A DNA stretch of 60,825 nt from a virus (IMGVR_UViG_3300016469_000245:1-60825); one strand, 5' to 3'. Numbered from the stretch's first letter, positions 10,373 through 20,980 are shown. The notes: generated from the letters alone by a model not told the origin. Numbers and translations are program-made.

Positions 10373-11182
10373 TTAGAGATTCGTGTCGATGTGCTCGAAA
10401 GTAACCACAGCGTTCTCCGTGTACGAGGTCTGCAACGTCACCGTGTCGGTGACGAGGCACCGGAACGTGCCTGTCGTCACCGAGTTGGATGTCGTGTAGG
10501 ACACCGTGCAGGTTGCGCTGCTTGCGCCGGCAGTAATCGAGCCGTTGCCGGCGACTTTTTCCCACGCATAGCTGAACGATCCGGAGCCTCCGGTCGCCGC
10601 AGCCGTGATGTTTGCCGTCGCTGTGCATTGTGTCTGCCCCGGCGATGCGTAGCTGCATGAGCCGGATGGCGCCGCGTTCGTCACGTAGGCGTTCAAGCCC
10701 TTCAGGCCAGCAGGGCCGGGCGGACCGGGAGGTCCGGCAGGGCCGGGCGATCCCGCGGGGCCAGCGGGACCGGTGGGGCCCGTAGGGCCGGCCGGCGATG
10801 GTCCAGTGGGGCCGGGCGGTCCTGTGACCGCGCTCGGCGTCCCGGCAGGGCCAGTGGGGCCCGGAGGGCCCGGAGGGCCCGGAGGGCCAGCGGGGCCGCG
10901 CGGCGATGATCCGGTAGGCCCTGTCGGCCCCGGACCGCCGGTCGCACCCGCGGGACCGGGAGGCCCCGGAGGGCCGGCTGGTCCGGGCGTACCATTCGGC
11001 GTGCCGCTCGATCCTGTGGGGCCGGTGGGTCCGCGCAGGCCCGGAGCGCCAGAGGGGCCGGTGGGGCCGGTGGGGCCGGCAGGGCCGTTCGGACCAACGC
11101 CCGGAGGGCCCGGCAAGCCCGTCGGCCCCGTCGGCCCCGTCGGCCCCGTCCTGCCTTGTGCGTAGCTGGATACAAGGATCAC
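10373..11182 (-). CDS. Collagen-like fibre protein with C-terminal beta-rich (Ig-like) domain
   Basis: GTG start with GAGG RBS; long GPT/GPP/GPA tract followed by [12 protein letters not shown]...FRCLVTD. Confidence 0.85.
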   Translation of the reverse strand: MILVSSYAQGRTGPTGPTGPTGLPGPPGVGPNGPAGPTGPTGPSGAPGLRGPTGPTGSSGTPNGTPGPAGPPGPPGPAGATGGPGPTGPTGSSPRGPAGPPGPPGPPGPTGPAGTPSAVTGPPGPTGPSPAGPTGPTGPAGPAGSPGPAGPPGPPGPAGLKGLNAYVTNAAPSGSCSYASPGQTQCTATANITAAATGGSGSFSYAWEKVAGNGSITAGASSATCTVSYTTSNSVTTGTFRCLVTDTVTLQTSYTENAVVTFEHIDTNL

Positions 11183-11194
11183 TTTCGTGCCTCG

Positions 11195-11950
11195 TTACGG
11201 TGCCACGTAGAAGCCTGCCGTGATGCGCCAAATGACGCTTGTGGTCGCCGGACACACAATTGTCGTTGCCGTGTTCTGCGCTGACGACGCGATTGGGTAC
11301 GCGAAATCTTCTCTCCAACGATCAACCGTTCCTTGCGCGGCAGCGTCGGCCGGAAAACTGAATGCCAGCGATCCGGGAAGATTTGTCGTTGTCACGTTTA
11401 CCGGTGCCGCAGCGGCAGTAAGAAGCGCCGTTGCGAATCTCGTGATTCCGATGTAGGTCAAGTAGTGGCGAAGACCAACGCCGGGCGCCGCAAGAGTGAG
11501 CGTGGTTGCGGCTCCCGCGGTTCCAAGCGTTGTTCCGACCTGCGTTGTCAAAGAACCAATGACGCTCTGATCGAGCGGCGCGTTTGAAGCAACGCATGTT
11601 GCGATTGCCGTTCCTGACGTGTATGCCGTAACGCGAACACGGATGCGGTCGAATCCTGCGCACGATCCTTGCCACACACCCGCCGTCGATCCGGCTACTG
11701 ACGCCACGTAGCTTACTGACGCTTGACCAACAGCACGCAACGGAATGGGCGGACTCGGGTTGCTTGCGTCCACAAACCCGGTGACTTCGATGGTGAGGTT
11801 GAATGTTCCTCGCAAATCCAGCGAGAAACTTGAGCATCCATCGCAGTCAACAAAAAACTCTGCGTTCAGCGCCCCAAGGTTTCCAGCAACGAGAATGTTC
11901 TCTCTTGGGTGCCTTGTTCCGCTTTTTCTGTCTTGGGAAATCTTTGCCAT
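11195..11950 (-). CDS. Beta-rich virion accessory protein
   Basis: Start MAKISQD at 11950 with TAATG overlap; Thr/Ala-rich beta-sandwich-like sequence; lower GC than flanks. Confidence 0.65.
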   Translation of the reverse strand: MAKISQDRKSGTRHPRENILVAGNLGALNAEFFVDCDGCSSFSLDLRGTFNLTIEVTGFVDASNPSPPIPLRAVGQASVSYVASVAGSTAGVWQGSCAGFDRIRVRVTAYTSGTAIATCVASNAPLDQSVIGSLTTQVGTTLGTAGAATTLTLAAPGVGLRHYLTYIGITRFATALLTAAAAPVNVTTTNLPGSLAFSFPADAAAQGTVDRWREDFAYPIASSAQNTATTIVCPATTSVIWRITAGFYVAP

Positions 11951-12840
11951 TAGAAAGCACTCCAGTTGATCGGAATGGGGCCAGAAGACAATGCTCCAAA
12001 CGTAATTCCGATTGTCAGTTGATCCGTTCCCGGCGTAGCCCACAGAGAAAGAACGTCGAGAAGCTCAGGATCGTTTTCTGCGTTGTCATCCGTTCCAGCA
12101 ATCGAAAGAATTATTCGACTTGAAGGGAGAACTCCTGTTGCAGAAAACACTTGAACCCATTCGAGTGCGCCGGGATGGGTGACGCTGAGAGTCGCAACGC
12201 CGGAAATTGATCCTCCAGCGGGGCCCGGAGGTCCAGCGGGGCCGGTAGGACCGGCGGGGCCGCTCGGGCCAGTGGGGCCGCGGATGTTGCCGACAACGCC
12301 CCACGTGCCCGCGGTCTTGCGCAGCACGTCGCCGTTGAGGGTGTTGAGCGCGTAGTCGCCGTTGACGCCGGTCGGCCCCGACGGCACGCCGGCCGCATCG
12401 AACCACACCGTGCCCGCAGTTCCCGTCGGCCCGGTGGGACCGGTGGGGCCCGTCGGCCCTGCGGGGCCGGGAGCGCCAGCGGGGCCGGTCGGGCCGGCGC
12501 CGCCAGCCGGTCCGGTAGGTCCGGGAGGTCCGGGAGGTCCGGCGAGCCCCGTGGGACCGGCAGGGCCGGCAGGGCCAGTGGCGCCAGCCGGCCCCGGAGG
12601 ACCGGGCGGGCCCGGCGGGCCGGGATCGCCACCACCCGGACTACCGCCACCCGGAGGGCCCGGAGGCCCCGGAGGGCCCGGAGCGCCACGCATGACGCCC
12701 TCGTATGCCGGGCTCTCGCCGATCTTTCGGATCACGCGCCAGCCGTCCTCGAACCGCTCGAAGACGAGGCCGTCGCTGTTGATGGCGCGGTCGCCGACTT
12801 CGCCGCCGGTCGGCCTGTCCTTGACGAACGAGGTCTTCAT
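11950..12840 (-). CDS. Collagen-like fibre protein
   Basis: Two Gly-X-Y tracts flanking a [24 protein letters not shown]...W knob. Confidence 0.85.
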   Translation of the reverse strand: MKTSFVKDRPTGGEVGDRAINSDGLVFERFEDGWRVIRKIGESPAYEGVMRGAPGPPGPPGPPGGGSPGGGDPGPPGPPGPPGPAGATGPAGPAGPTGLAGPPGPPGPTGPAGGAGPTGPAGAPGPAGPTGPTGPTGPTGTAGTVWFDAAGVPSGPTGVNGDYALNTLNGDVLRKTAGTWGVVGNIRGPTGPSGPAGPTGPAGPPGPAGGSISGVATLSVTHPGALEWVQVFSATGVLPSSRIILSIAGTDDNAENDPELLDVLSLWATPGTDQLTIGITFGALSSGPIPINWSAF

Positions 12841-12843
12841 GGA

Positions 12844-13329
12844 TCAACCCGCAGGGCCCGGTGGGCCCGGAGGGCCGGCAGGACCAGCGGGGCCAGTCGG
12901 TCCCGGTGCGCCGGTCGGCCCCGTGAGCCCCGTGGGGCCAGTGGGGCCCGGAGGGCCGGCAGGGCCGGCAGGGCCGGCAGGGCCGGGGTTGCCCGCAGGG
13001 CCGGTGGGGCCGGTGGGGCCGGCAGGGCCGGGCGGGCCGGCAGGGCCAGTGGCTCCCGTCGCGCCGGTGGGACCAGCAGGGCCAGCAGGGCCGGTAGGGC
13101 CGGGAGGACCAGCCGGGCCGGTAGGTCCGGGCGGGCCGGGCGGGCCGCTCGTTCCATTCGACCCTGCGGGGCCAGTGAAGCCAGTGGGGCCGGTGGGGCC
13201 GGTGGGGCCGGTCGGCCCGGTCGGTCCGGGCGGTCCCGGCGGGCCGGGGTTGTTCGCGCCCGTGGGCCCGGTCGGCCCTGTGGGCCCGGTCGGTCCGAAG
13301 AGGAAGAACCCGGAGAGCGGCTGGACCAT
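12844..13329 (-). CDS. Nearly pure collagen-repeat protein
   Basis: 11-aa leader then Gly-X-Y repeats (one interruption) to the stop; no C-terminal domain. Confidence 0.8.
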   Translation of the reverse strand: MVQPLSGFFLFGPTGPTGPTGPTGANNPGPPGPPGPTGPTGPTGPTGPTGFTGPAGSNGTSGPPGPPGPTGPAGPPGPTGPAGPAGPTGATGATGPAGPPGPAGPTGPTGPAGNPGPAGPAGPAGPPGPTGPTGLTGPTGAPGPTGPAGPAGPPGPPGPAG

Positions 13330-13336
13330 GTTCGCC

Positions 13337-14062
13337 TCACGTCAGCACGCGCAAGCGCCAGCCGCGCGCTGCGTCGGAGTAAATGAGCGAGATCGACTGA
13401 TTCGCTCGGTCGAACAGAAGATCATCGAGAACGCCCATGATGCGATTCCCGTTGCGAGCAACAATGATCTGCTGCCCGACGCCGAGCGTTCCGCCGATGT
13501 GCGTGATGTTGATCGGCGCTTCCAACGGACTCGGACTTGCCGGCAGCGTGATTGTCACCGTGCCGCCGGACGAATCGACCAAGTAGTCGGAACCAGCGAT
13601 TGCGTTCTGGTTCGTCGTCACGATCTGATGGCTGACGAAGTTCAACCCCGAGAGGTCGATCATGATGTCCCACTCGGGTCCGACGGCGAACACTGCCGGC
13701 GACGCGGGCGACGTGTGGTTGATCCTGCAAATGTAGAGCGAGTTGTACGGGCCAGCGCGCACCACGTCTCCAACGACGTAGATCGTGCTGTTCTCCCAAT
13801 CGCTCCGGTAGGTGAACGGCGACGCGACCACTTCCGGCTGTCCGCTCGGGTCGGCGAAGCGAAGGTACTTGCCAGCGCGCCCCGCCGCGTTCGGGAGCTG
13901 ATTCAGCGTTTCCGTGCTCGGGCCGCGAAGCCCCGCGTAGAGGATTGCTTGCACGAGATCGAACGCCGCCGAAATGGCCGCGAGCTGGTTTTCCACCTGC
14001 GCTGCGCGAGCGGTCTGTCCGGCGACTCCGGTGAATGCCTCGTTGTAGAAGTCGTTCGCCAC
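13337..14062 (-). CDS. Tail fibre attachment/adaptor protein with a carbohydrate-binding-like repeat
   Basis: N-terminal [18 protein letters not shown] anchor-like helix; [22 protein letters not shown] (CBM5/12-like); C-terminal [15 protein letters not shown]...GW domain. Confidence 0.65.
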   Translation of the reverse strand: MANDFYNEAFTGVAGQTARAAQVENQLAAISAAFDLVQAILYAGLRGPSTETLNQLPNAAGRAGKYLRFADPSGQPEVVASPFTYRSDWENSTIYVVGDVVRAGPYNSLYICRINHTSPASPAVFAVGPEWDIMIDLSGLNFVSHQIVTTNQNAIAGSDYLVDSSGGTVTITLPASPSPLEAPINITHIGGTLGVGQQIIVARNGNRIMGVLDDLLFDRANQSISLIYSDAARGWRLRVLT

Positions 14063-16309
14063 TTACCCCTCCTGCGTTCCGCGATTGATTCTGCGCATCG
14101 ACATCTGCATCGCCACCCCGTACAGCGTGTGCGAGTCTTCGTCATCCGCGCTCGTGTAGAAGAACAGTCCCACGTTGTAGCCAGAGCCTTCGACTTTGAT
14201 AACGAGCTGATCGAAAGCCGACTTGCTCCACACAAACTCATCCCAATTCGAGACATCCCAAAAGCCACCGCTACCGAAGAACTCGGACGGCTCTTCGGTC
14301 TGGCCTTCGCGGTTTCCGAAGTTGAAGTCCACGGCAGCAAGGATCGTTGTCGGGCCGACGACATCGAGGTCGATCTGCGCACGACGGTATCGCTTGTACC
14401 GCTCGGGCGAACGGCTCATGTGGTACGCGAGCCGCAGGAATCCTTCGATGGTCTGGCCGTCGTATGAGCGCCCCTTGTCCAGCTCGTACACGTAGCCGTT
14501 CTCGCATCCCATGAAGAGCCGTTCTGCGTAGAGCCCTCCCTCCGTCAGCTCTTGCTCGATCTCGTTCGACGTGAGGCAGTACGGTTGCTCCAGCACTTGA
14601 CCCGTCATCCACCCGGTGAGCTTGTTGCCCGGCCGCGATCCAATGGACAGAAAGCGTCCGTTGCTGAAGAACACCCGGTACAGGTTCTTCGAGCGCGAGA
14701 TGATGGTCCCGACAGGAATCGACTCGCGCAGCACGCGCTGCACCAGAGGCAGGATGCGGTCGCTGATGCTGTTCGCTTGGAAGTTTCCGAAGCTCGCCGT
14801 CGCGCGGAGCGTAGTGAATCCGCGGTCGTCGAGGTAGATCGTCTGACCGATTCGCCCCACCGTCTTCGGGATCATTCCCGTGTTCGGCGTGTAGATGCGG
14901 AATTGGAAGTTCTCGACCACATCTCCATAGAAGAGGTAGGTGTTGCGGCGCGTGGCGATGACGAGCGTGTTGTTCGTTTCTTCGATCATCTCCGTCACGT
15001 TGTCGCCAGCGCTGCGCTCGTCGGCTCCAGTGATCGGGTTCCAGTTGAGCGGCTGCTGGTAGCCGGAGTTCTGGATCGAGCCTCCGGGGAACGCGAGCAC
15101 GAGATGATCGTTGTGGACGGCGAGATGCGTGGGCGTGTCCGTCTCCATGCCCGTGCGGATCGGCACGAAGAGCGGCTTCGATCCGTCCGCTTCGAGTTCC
15201 TCGAACTCGAACGCCTGCCCGACGCCGTTCACACCGTACATGCGGTACTGATCTTCCGCGCCGAGGAAGTTGTGGTTCCTGAAGCGGTAGTACCCGCCGG
15301 CCGGAAGCGTGTTGAGGTCTTGATCCAAGAAGCGAGCGTGCTTCACTGCGCCGATGAACATATCCTCGTTCGGCGTCCACACGAATCCGGGATCGGCGAC
15401 CGTCGTGACGATGTAGCCCTTCGCGTTCCGACCCCACACGCCTTCTTCGACCACGACGCGGCGAACGACGAGCTGCTTCACGGTCGTAACGTCCGTGAGC
15501 GTCATGCCCTCCGTGATCTCCACGAGCCCCTGATCGAAGAAGTAGGTCTCGCCGAGGAAGACGCGATCCCATCCATCCGCGCTCGCGCGGAACATCGCGC
15601 CCTGCGTCAGCTCGCCGACCGTGATGTCGCGGAATGCGTAGACGTTCTCCTTGTAGATGTGGACGCCACGCACAGGTCCGGACGGGGCGCCGAAGCCGGC
15701 ATCCTTGACGCCGACTTCCTGAATCGCGATACGAAGGAACGCCGTCTTGCCTTTCTCGAACTCCTGCCGGAGATCGTCAGTCGGCGCATCGTCCACCCAT
15801 GCCGCGAGCGCGCGCGCCACCGGCGATCCGGGAGGGTTGGTCGAGTTGATGAAGATGTCGTTGTCGAGGATGTTGTTCGCATCGACGACGGCCTCGAACC
15901 CCGAGGTCCACTCGATGACGAGGTAGCCTTCGGTGTCGGTCGGCGAGTTCGTGTATTTCACGTAGTAGACGACGCCTGTCGCGAGAAGCGTCGTCGTCGA
16001 TTGCTGGTACAGCCGGAACGTCTCGCCGCCGATGATGAGCGGATCGGCCGACGCATCGAACTGCACCACGATGAAGCGCGCGTCAGTCGGCGAGGTCTGC
16101 CCGTCGAAGCGCTCGTAGCCCTGCACGCGCGAGTAGCCGCCGCGCACCGACGGCTCGTAGTTCTTGCAGCCGAGAAGCTGCCCCGGCGCGAGCTGGTTCG
16201 GAGGATCGGTGAGGTTCAACCCTCCGTCGAAGGGGAACCCGTCTCCGGTCTGGACCCTGCTTCCGCGTTGCAGAGCCCCCGTGTTCTGCAAGGCTTCGCG
16301 CAGGTTCAT
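14063..16309 (-). CDS. Tail tubular/nozzle protein (P22 gp10 / T7 gp12-like)
   Basis: 748 aa beta-rich; [12 protein letters not shown]-terminus, KRYRRAQID and [13 protein letters not shown] near the C-terminus; follows the adaptor gene. Confidence 0.7.
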   Translation of the reverse strand: MNLREALQNTGALQRGSRVQTGDGFPFDGGLNLTDPPNQLAPGQLLGCKNYEPSVRGGYSRVQGYERFDGQTSPTDARFIVVQFDASADPLIIGGETFRLYQQSTTTLLATGVVYYVKYTNSPTDTEGYLVIEWTSGFEAVVDANNILDNDIFINSTNPPGSPVARALAAWVDDAPTDDLRQEFEKGKTAFLRIAIQEVGVKDAGFGAPSGPVRGVHIYKENVYAFRDITVGELTQGAMFRASADGWDRVFLGETYFFDQGLVEITEGMTLTDVTTVKQLVVRRVVVEEGVWGRNAKGYIVTTVADPGFVWTPNEDMFIGAVKHARFLDQDLNTLPAGGYYRFRNHNFLGAEDQYRMYGVNGVGQAFEFEELEADGSKPLFVPIRTGMETDTPTHLAVHNDHLVLAFPGGSIQNSGYQQPLNWNPITGADERSAGDNVTEMIEETNNTLVIATRRNTYLFYGDVVENFQFRIYTPNTGMIPKTVGRIGQTIYLDDRGFTTLRATASFGNFQANSISDRILPLVQRVLRESIPVGTIISRSKNLYRVFFSNGRFLSIGSRPGNKLTGWMTGQVLEQPYCLTSNEIEQELTEGGLYAERLFMGCENGYVYELDKGRSYDGQTIEGFLRLAYHMSRSPERYKRYRRAQIDLDVVGPTTILAAVDFNFGNREGQTEEPSEFFGSGGFWDVSNWDEFVWSKSAFDQLVIKVEGSGYNVGLFFYTSADDEDSHTLYGVAMQMSMRRINRGTQEG

Positions 16310-16310
16310 C

Positions 16311-17009
16311 TCATTCCACCGTGCCTGCGAGGCCCACGTTGCGAGACGTGCGGCCGTGTCGATGCTTGGGAAGCTGGAACGCTTCGAGCTTCTCCAGAAG
16401 GTCCGCGTACTCCGCGGATGCTCCGCTCATGATCTCCGGCGCGTCTTCGCGCTCGGCATAAGTGATCTTCGTGCGGACCACGATGATGCGGTCGAACGTG
16501 TCGGGGATCGGCGACAAGTCCGTGTTGTCGATCATGCGGTACGGCTTGCGATGGTACTGCGCGTAGAACTGCGTGATTCCGCTCGGCGTGAGGTGACTGA
16601 GCTTGATCCGTCCGTCCGGCGTGAGCGTCCAGTTCGCGATGCGCGTGTTCGCTTGCTTGTCGCCCATCTCGTAGAGATCGAAGAACTCTTCGTAGGGCAT
16701 CCACTTGACCCTGTAGGCCGAGCTGGTTCCCTTGCCGACGATCAAGCCGCGCTCTTCATCGGGGAAACCGATGGGCGCCGACGTGCTGAACGTGTCGAGC
16801 CCCGCTCCGACCGCGATGCTCTGCTCCGTCCACAGGAACTTCCAGTCCGTCCAAAGCTGCTGAATGTAGAGGTCAGCTTCCGCTGTCCAATCCACGATGT
16901 TCTTCAGCTCGCGCGTCTGGTTGAACACGGACGCAGGGCCGTTGCCGCCTTGGATTCCAAGCTCGGCGACAACGGCCTTGCAAAGCGCCAAGTAGTTACG
17001 TGCGCTCAC
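16311..17009 (-). CDS. Head-tail adaptor (T7 gp11/P22 gp4-like)
   Basis: NYLALCKAV start, WTDWKFLW, DLSPIPDTFDRIIV; size and position. Confidence 0.7.
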   Translation of the reverse strand: MSARNYLALCKAVVAELGIQGGNGPASVFNQTRELKNIVDWTAEADLYIQQLWTDWKFLWTEQSIAVGAGLDTFSTSAPIGFPDEERGLIVGKGTSSAYRVKWMPYEEFFDLYEMGDKQANTRIANWTLTPDGRIKLSHLTPSGITQFYAQYHRKPYRMIDNTDLSPIPDTFDRIIVVRTKITYAEREDAPEIMSGASAEYADLLEKLEAFQLPKHRHGRTSRNVGLAGTVE

Positions 17010-17368
17010 GAGATGTGCTTGGCGATGAACTCGGCATTCGAGCGCACCGACGCATCGTCGGTCTCGATGCTCGGCTCGAACGAGACTTCGACACCCTCAC
17101 CCTTGAGGCGCTCGATGAGGTTCGTCGCCGCGTCGAAGACCTTCTCGGCGCCCATCGCGAGCACGCGCTCGACCTTGGCCTCGAATGCCTTCGCCTCTTC
17201 GCTCTGCACCACTTCTTCTTCGGCGTAGGCGGGATCGACCTTCTCGATGCCGTCGCCGAGGCAGCGGCCTTCCGAGTTGAAGTAGAGCCCGTCCTGCGTG
17301 TAGCACGCACCGTTCGGCACTGAGCCGAAGATCGAACCGAACGGCTTGCTCTTGTCGAGACGCCTCAT
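17006..17368 (-). CDS. Hypothetical head-module protein
   Basis: AAGGGGA RBS before ATG 17368; RLDKSKPFG...YTQDGLYFNSEG. Confidence 0.65.
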   Translation of the reverse strand: MRRLDKSKPFGSIFGSVPNGACYTQDGLYFNSEGRCLGDGIEKVDPAYAEEEVVQSEEAKAFEAKVERVLAMGAEKVFDAATNLIERLKGEGVEVSFEPSIETDDASVRSNAEFIAKHIS

Positions 17369-17388
17369 GTTCCCCTTCCTCTTGCTGG

Positions 17389-17631
17389 TCAGAGCCCGAC
17401 CTTGTACGTGCGGTCGCCGTTGTCGCCTTGGCAGGCCATCGGCATCCGCATCGACAGGCCCGCGCCGGGCGGAAGCGAGCCGTACTTCGCCGCGTCCAGC
17501 TCCGCGTGCGTCCGGGGACGGCAGCGGTTGCTGGTGTCGGCGAGGCAGTCGTTCGTCTTGTGCGTGAAGTGCGTGGGGCTCTCGACGCCCGGCGCGTGCT
17601 CCACGGTCACGTTCAGCTCCACGTTCTTCAT
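17389..17631 (-). CDS. Hypothetical protein
   Basis: 80 aa ORF with GGGAG RBS. Confidence 0.55.
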   Translation of the reverse strand: MKNVELNVTVEHAPGVESPTHFTHKTNDCLADTSNRCRPRTHAELDAAKYGSLPPGAGLSMRMPMACQGDNGDRTYKVGL

Positions 17632-17650
17632 CGCGATCTCCCGATAGAGA

Positions 17651-17673
17651 CACGGCGCCCGTGGGGCGCCGTG
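17651..17673 (-). terminator. GC-rich hairpin, possible terminator or processing site
   Basis: CACGGCGCCC-gtg-GGGCGCCGTG 10-bp stem in an intergenic gap, followed by only a weak pyrimidine tract. Confidence 0.45.
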
Positions 17674-17706
17674 CGATTGTACCGCCTGTCGTTCCAGTGC
17701 GCGGCG

Positions 17707-17904
17707 TCAGCCGAGCTTGTGACCACCCCACGCCGACCCCTTCTGCGGGCCGTCGGGCTTGCCGGAATCCATGTTCCGGCCCTGCCCGAGCGACTCGGGC
17801 GTGGTCGAGTGGAACTTCTCGTGGTGCGACAGGCCCTTCGAGAGATCGCCGCCGCTGGAGGGCGTCGGCTTCTCGGAGGTACGGCTCACGTTGTTGGTCG
17901 GCAT
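17707..17904 (-). CDS. Small hydrophilic hypothetical protein
   Basis: GGAG RBS before ATG 17904 (MPTNNVS). Confidence 0.55.
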   Translation of the reverse strand: MPTNNVSRTSEKPTPSSGGDLSKGLSHHEKFHSTTPESLGQGRNMDSGKPDGPQKGSAWGGHKLG

Positions 17905-17929
17905 GTTCGTTCTCCGCTCGGGCTGAGGA

Positions 17930-18334
17930 TCAGATGTAGGCTTCGTCGAAGCCCACGATGATGTGGACATCCGCGACACCGGCCGGCGTGCCGCCGGTCG
18001 GCGCGACGAGCGTCACCAGCAGCTCGTCGATGGCGTCCACGCTACGACGCCACACGTCGCGGAAGCCGTTGTTGTCGCTGAAGTTGTACGCGGCGTTCGC
18101 GGGCGCGGCGCCCATGTTCAGCTCGGCGAACTTGGCATTGTTGCCCGCCGTGCCGACACGGATGAAGCCCGGCGTCGTGACCTGCGTGAAGAGCGTGGTC
18201 ACGTTGCAGTTGATGTCGAGCACACGGGCCATCTGCGCGCGACGCGGGATGCCGATGCGGAAGTTGCCGGTGAACGTCGAGCCGACCGTCCGCGTGCCGA
18301 GGCTGAAGCTGAAGGGGATGAGCTTGTCGTACAT
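17930..18334 (-). CDS. Putative capsid decoration/cement protein
   Basis: 134-aa beta-rich protein directly after the major capsid gene. Confidence 0.55.
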   Translation of the reverse strand: MYDKLIPFSFSLGTRTVGSTFTGNFRIGIPRRAQMARVLDINCNVTTLFTQVTTPGFIRVGTAGNNAKFAELNMGAAPANAAYNFSDNNGFRDVWRRSVDAIDELLVTLVAPTGGTPAGVADVHIIVGFDEAYI

Positions 18335-18362
18335 GATCTTCTCCGGGTGAGGGATCAGCGGC

Positions 18363-19379
18363 TCAAGCCGCCGAGTCCCAATGGACGATGCGCGCGTTCT
18401 TCACGTCGGCCGCGGTGTCGCCGTGGACGATGCCGAAGCCGCCGAGGTAGTACCACGCGATGCCTCGCGAGCGACCGTAGTCCGTCGGAATCTTGCCGCG
18501 GATTTCCTCCGGGATCGCGAGCGCTTCGGCCACCGTGTCCTCGCCGAAGAAGAAAATCCAGTCGCAGTAGTTCGTGGCCGCGTTGTTCCACGGATCGGCC
18601 GTGCGGAAATTCCACGTGCCGGCGAGGCGCGCATCGCGGGCGCCGCCCTTGGCGACGTGCGTCTGCTCGACAAAGCGCATCCCCTCGTACCGGCCGATCT
18701 CGCCGTTGGCGATGTAGCGGAAGCCGGTCTCGACGTACTGACGAAGAGTTTCGAGGCCGTTCTTCATCGCGCGGAACGTGCTCGGCCAGCCGATAGCGTA
18801 GTAGTCGTCGTTGATGTACGCCGGGATGTTGCGCTCCTTCATGAGATCGGACACGAGCTTCACGTGTTCGATCCGGAAGGTGACGTTCTGCGTCGCCGTG
18901 ATGGTGCCGTTCTCCACCACTTCGAGCGCGGTCGTGCTGGTGCCGCCGGCAGGCGCTGCCTTCAGCAGCGTGCGGAGGAACTGCGCGTGGGCGGCGCCGT
19001 CGAGCGTCTCCTTCGCGTCCACCTTCAGCACCTTGTGGATGATCTCGGTCACGGGCTGCTTCGACAGGTTGTCGAGCTTGCCGGTGTACGGGATGGAGTT
19101 GCCGTACTCCGTGATCGTGAGCTGCTTCTGCGTGACCGTGAAGTTGGTCTTCGGCATCTCGACCGACTCGTTCAGCACGCCGCCGCCGCTCGCGACGCGC
19201 GAGTAGACGTTCCAGTTGAAGAACTCGCCGTGGTTGAGGCCCTTGTCGATGGCGTCCTTCGCGTCGCAGAACTGCCGGAACTTGACCGTCGGCAGCAAGT
19301 CCATGCGGAGGATGTCGGACAGCTCGTCGGAATACATGAATCCGCCGAGCGCGTTGACTGCCCAAAGCTGACCGCTCAT
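18363..19379 (-). CDS. Major capsid protein (N4-gp56-like, HK97 fold)
   Basis: Start MSGQLWAVN (GGAG RBS); LTITEYGNSIPYTGKLD, GEIGRYEGMRFVEQT, DYGRSRGIAWYYLGGFG. Confidence 0.9.
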   Translation of the reverse strand: MSGQLWAVNALGGFMYSDELSDILRMDLLPTVKFRQFCDAKDAIDKGLNHGEFFNWNVYSRVASGGGVLNESVEMPKTNFTVTQKQLTITEYGNSIPYTGKLDNLSKQPVTEIIHKVLKVDAKETLDGAAHAQFLRTLLKAAPAGGTSTTALEVVENGTITATQNVTFRIEHVKLVSDLMKERNIPAYINDDYYAIGWPSTFRAMKNGLETLRQYVETGFRYIANGEIGRYEGMRFVEQTHVAKGGARDARLAGTWNFRTADPWNNAATNYCDWIFFFGEDTVAEALAIPEEIRGKIPTDYGRSRGIAWYYLGGFGIVHGDTAADVKNARIVHWDSAA

Positions 19380-19407
19380 TGTGGAACTCCTGAAGTTGTT
19401 GGAAGGG

Positions 19408-20616
19408 TTAGTACGGTCTTCCGCTCCGCTTCCTGAGTTCCTGCACGTACCCGCTTCCACGCGGAAGCAACGGCTGGTCCACAGCAGCGGGCGATTTGCC
19501 TGCGGCGGCGGACTGCGGCGGGAGTTCGCGCTTGCGCTCGTGCGTCGCTTGACGCGGGTTCGGCTTCACGGTTTTCCGTGCATACTCGCCCGCTTCGCGC
19601 GACAGCTCGATCAGCGTGCGCCCTGCGTTGTTCGGATCGGCGTGGAGCTGCATGAAGCGCTTGTAAGCCGCATCACGCGCGGTGGCGTCTCCCATTACGT
19701 CCGCGTAGTCGCGGGCCATCATGGCGTTCGCCGCTGCTCGCTCACCTTCATCGAACTCCGCCGGGGGCGCCGGCTTGCGTTCTTCACCCGGCACAGCCGC
19801 CCCCTGCTTCTTCAGCAAGGCGAGCGCCTGTTCCGCGACTTGCTCGGGCGTCAGAGACGGCCCGGACTTCGCCGCGGTGAGAACCCTCGTCACGGCCGCA
19901 GCCGCGCGCTTCGGGTCTCCAGAGTAGAGCGCCTTCACGATTTCATTCGCGTCGGCCTCCACGCCCGTTCCGCCGGCAGCGCCCGTTGCGGGTGGCTGCT
20001 GCGATCCGCCGGGCGGCGGTTCGCGGGTGGCTGGCGCTCCTTGCGCCGCGCGAGCTTCGATCTCGCGCCTCGTCCTTTCGGCCGCTTCCAGCTCGGCTTG
20101 CGCCTTGCGCCGGATCGCGGAGGCTTCGTTCAGGGCAATCGCCGCGGCTCGCCGCTTCTGGTATGCCTCGACGCCTCCAGCTTCCTCGACATCCTTTCGC
20201 GGGACATCGAACTCGCGTCCGTTGACCTTGACGGTAACACGTTCCGGGAGCGTTTCGCCAGAGGGGGGCGGCGTCGCCGGTTTCCGCTCGGGGCGAGCCT
20301 CGTATCGACCGCGCTCGTTCTCCACGGCCGGCGCTTGCTCGCCGCGCGATTCCGCCTCCATCGCCGCGCGCATCTCCGCTGCGTCTTCGTGCGCGGCGTC
20401 ATCCGCCTGCACCTGCGCAGTGCGCGTCTCGCGACTGCGGTTGAAGAGCGCCTTGCGCGCTTCGGTCTGGTCCACGATGCGGGCGGGCGGAGTCGCCTCA
20501 TCACCGCGAGGAACCTTCACATCGCCGCCTTGCGAGAGATCGGCGCGTCGTGCCGCCTCCGCATCCGCGATGGCCTTGTCTTCCGGGGACAGCGGGGACA
20601 GCTTCGAGTCACTCAT
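19408..20616 (-). CDS. Scaffolding protein
   Basis: VTVKVNGREFDV motif, coiled coil, basic C-terminal tail; directly upstream of the capsid gene. Confidence 0.75.
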   Translation of the reverse strand: MSDSKLSPLSPEDKAIADAEAARRADLSQGGDVKVPRGDEATPPARIVDQTEARKALFNRSRETRTAQVQADDAAHEDAAEMRAAMEAESRGEQAPAVENERGRYEARPERKPATPPPSGETLPERVTVKVNGREFDVPRKDVEEAGGVEAYQKRRAAAIALNEASAIRRKAQAELEAAERTRREIEARAAQGAPATREPPPGGSQQPPATGAAGGTGVEADANEIVKALYSGDPKRAAAAVTRVLTAAKSGPSLTPEQVAEQALALLKKQGAAVPGEERKPAPPAEFDEGERAAANAMMARDYADVMGDATARDAAYKRFMQLHADPNNAGRTLIELSREAGEYARKTVKPNPRQATHERKRELPPQSAAAGKSPAAVDQPLLPRGSGYVQELRKRSGRPY

Positions 20617-20980
20617 CTTCTTCCTCCAGCGCGCGCCCGGCCGAGAGGCCGGATTCCACGATCTCGTTCAGCAGCGCAAGCATTCCACCATGCACGCGCG
20701 CTTCGTAGTGCAGCACCCTCGCCTGTTCGCAGGACGGGTCGTTCAATTCCAGCAGTCCGCGCATTGCGTCGCGCACTCGCTCTTCGCATCGCTCGACAAG
20801 CGTCTTGCCGACGAGCACCAAGTCCTCCGGCCGCGTCTGCACGGCCGTCATGAACCGGATCGCGGATTGCGCCAGCACGTAGCGCTGGTATTCCTCGACA
20901 CCGACAGGCCCTTGCGCATCCGCCTCCTGTCGCTCCGTCGCGGTGAGGCGCCTTCCCCTGAAGCCGTCCAGCGGGTCCAC
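20609..20980 (-). CDS. Hypothetical helical protein between portal and scaffold
   Basis: 123 aa ORF at a conserved podoviral position. Confidence 0.6.
   Translation of the reverse strand: MDPLDGFRGRRLTATERQEADAQGPVGVEEYQRYVLAQSAIRFMTAVQTRPEDLVLVGKTLVERCEERVRDAMRGLLELNDPSCEQARVLHYEARVHGGMLALLNEIVESGLSAGRALEEEDE

Noticed and set aside
7600-13300. Short-period DNA repeats resembling a CRISPR array or VNTR
   Set aside because: They are 9-bp codon periodicity of Gly-X-Y tracts; no repeat-spacer structure or cas genes
12362-14467. Plus-strand collagen-like ORFs (also 8607-9128 and 10773-11165)
   Set aside because: Antisense shadows: GGN-CCN codons read as Gly/Pro on the opposite strand; no RBS and against the operon direction
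18355-19365. Alternative-frame ORF across the capsid gene, suggesting a frameshifted capsid
   Set aside because: Arg-rich shadow frame ending only 8 nt beyond the capsid stop; no slippery site seen
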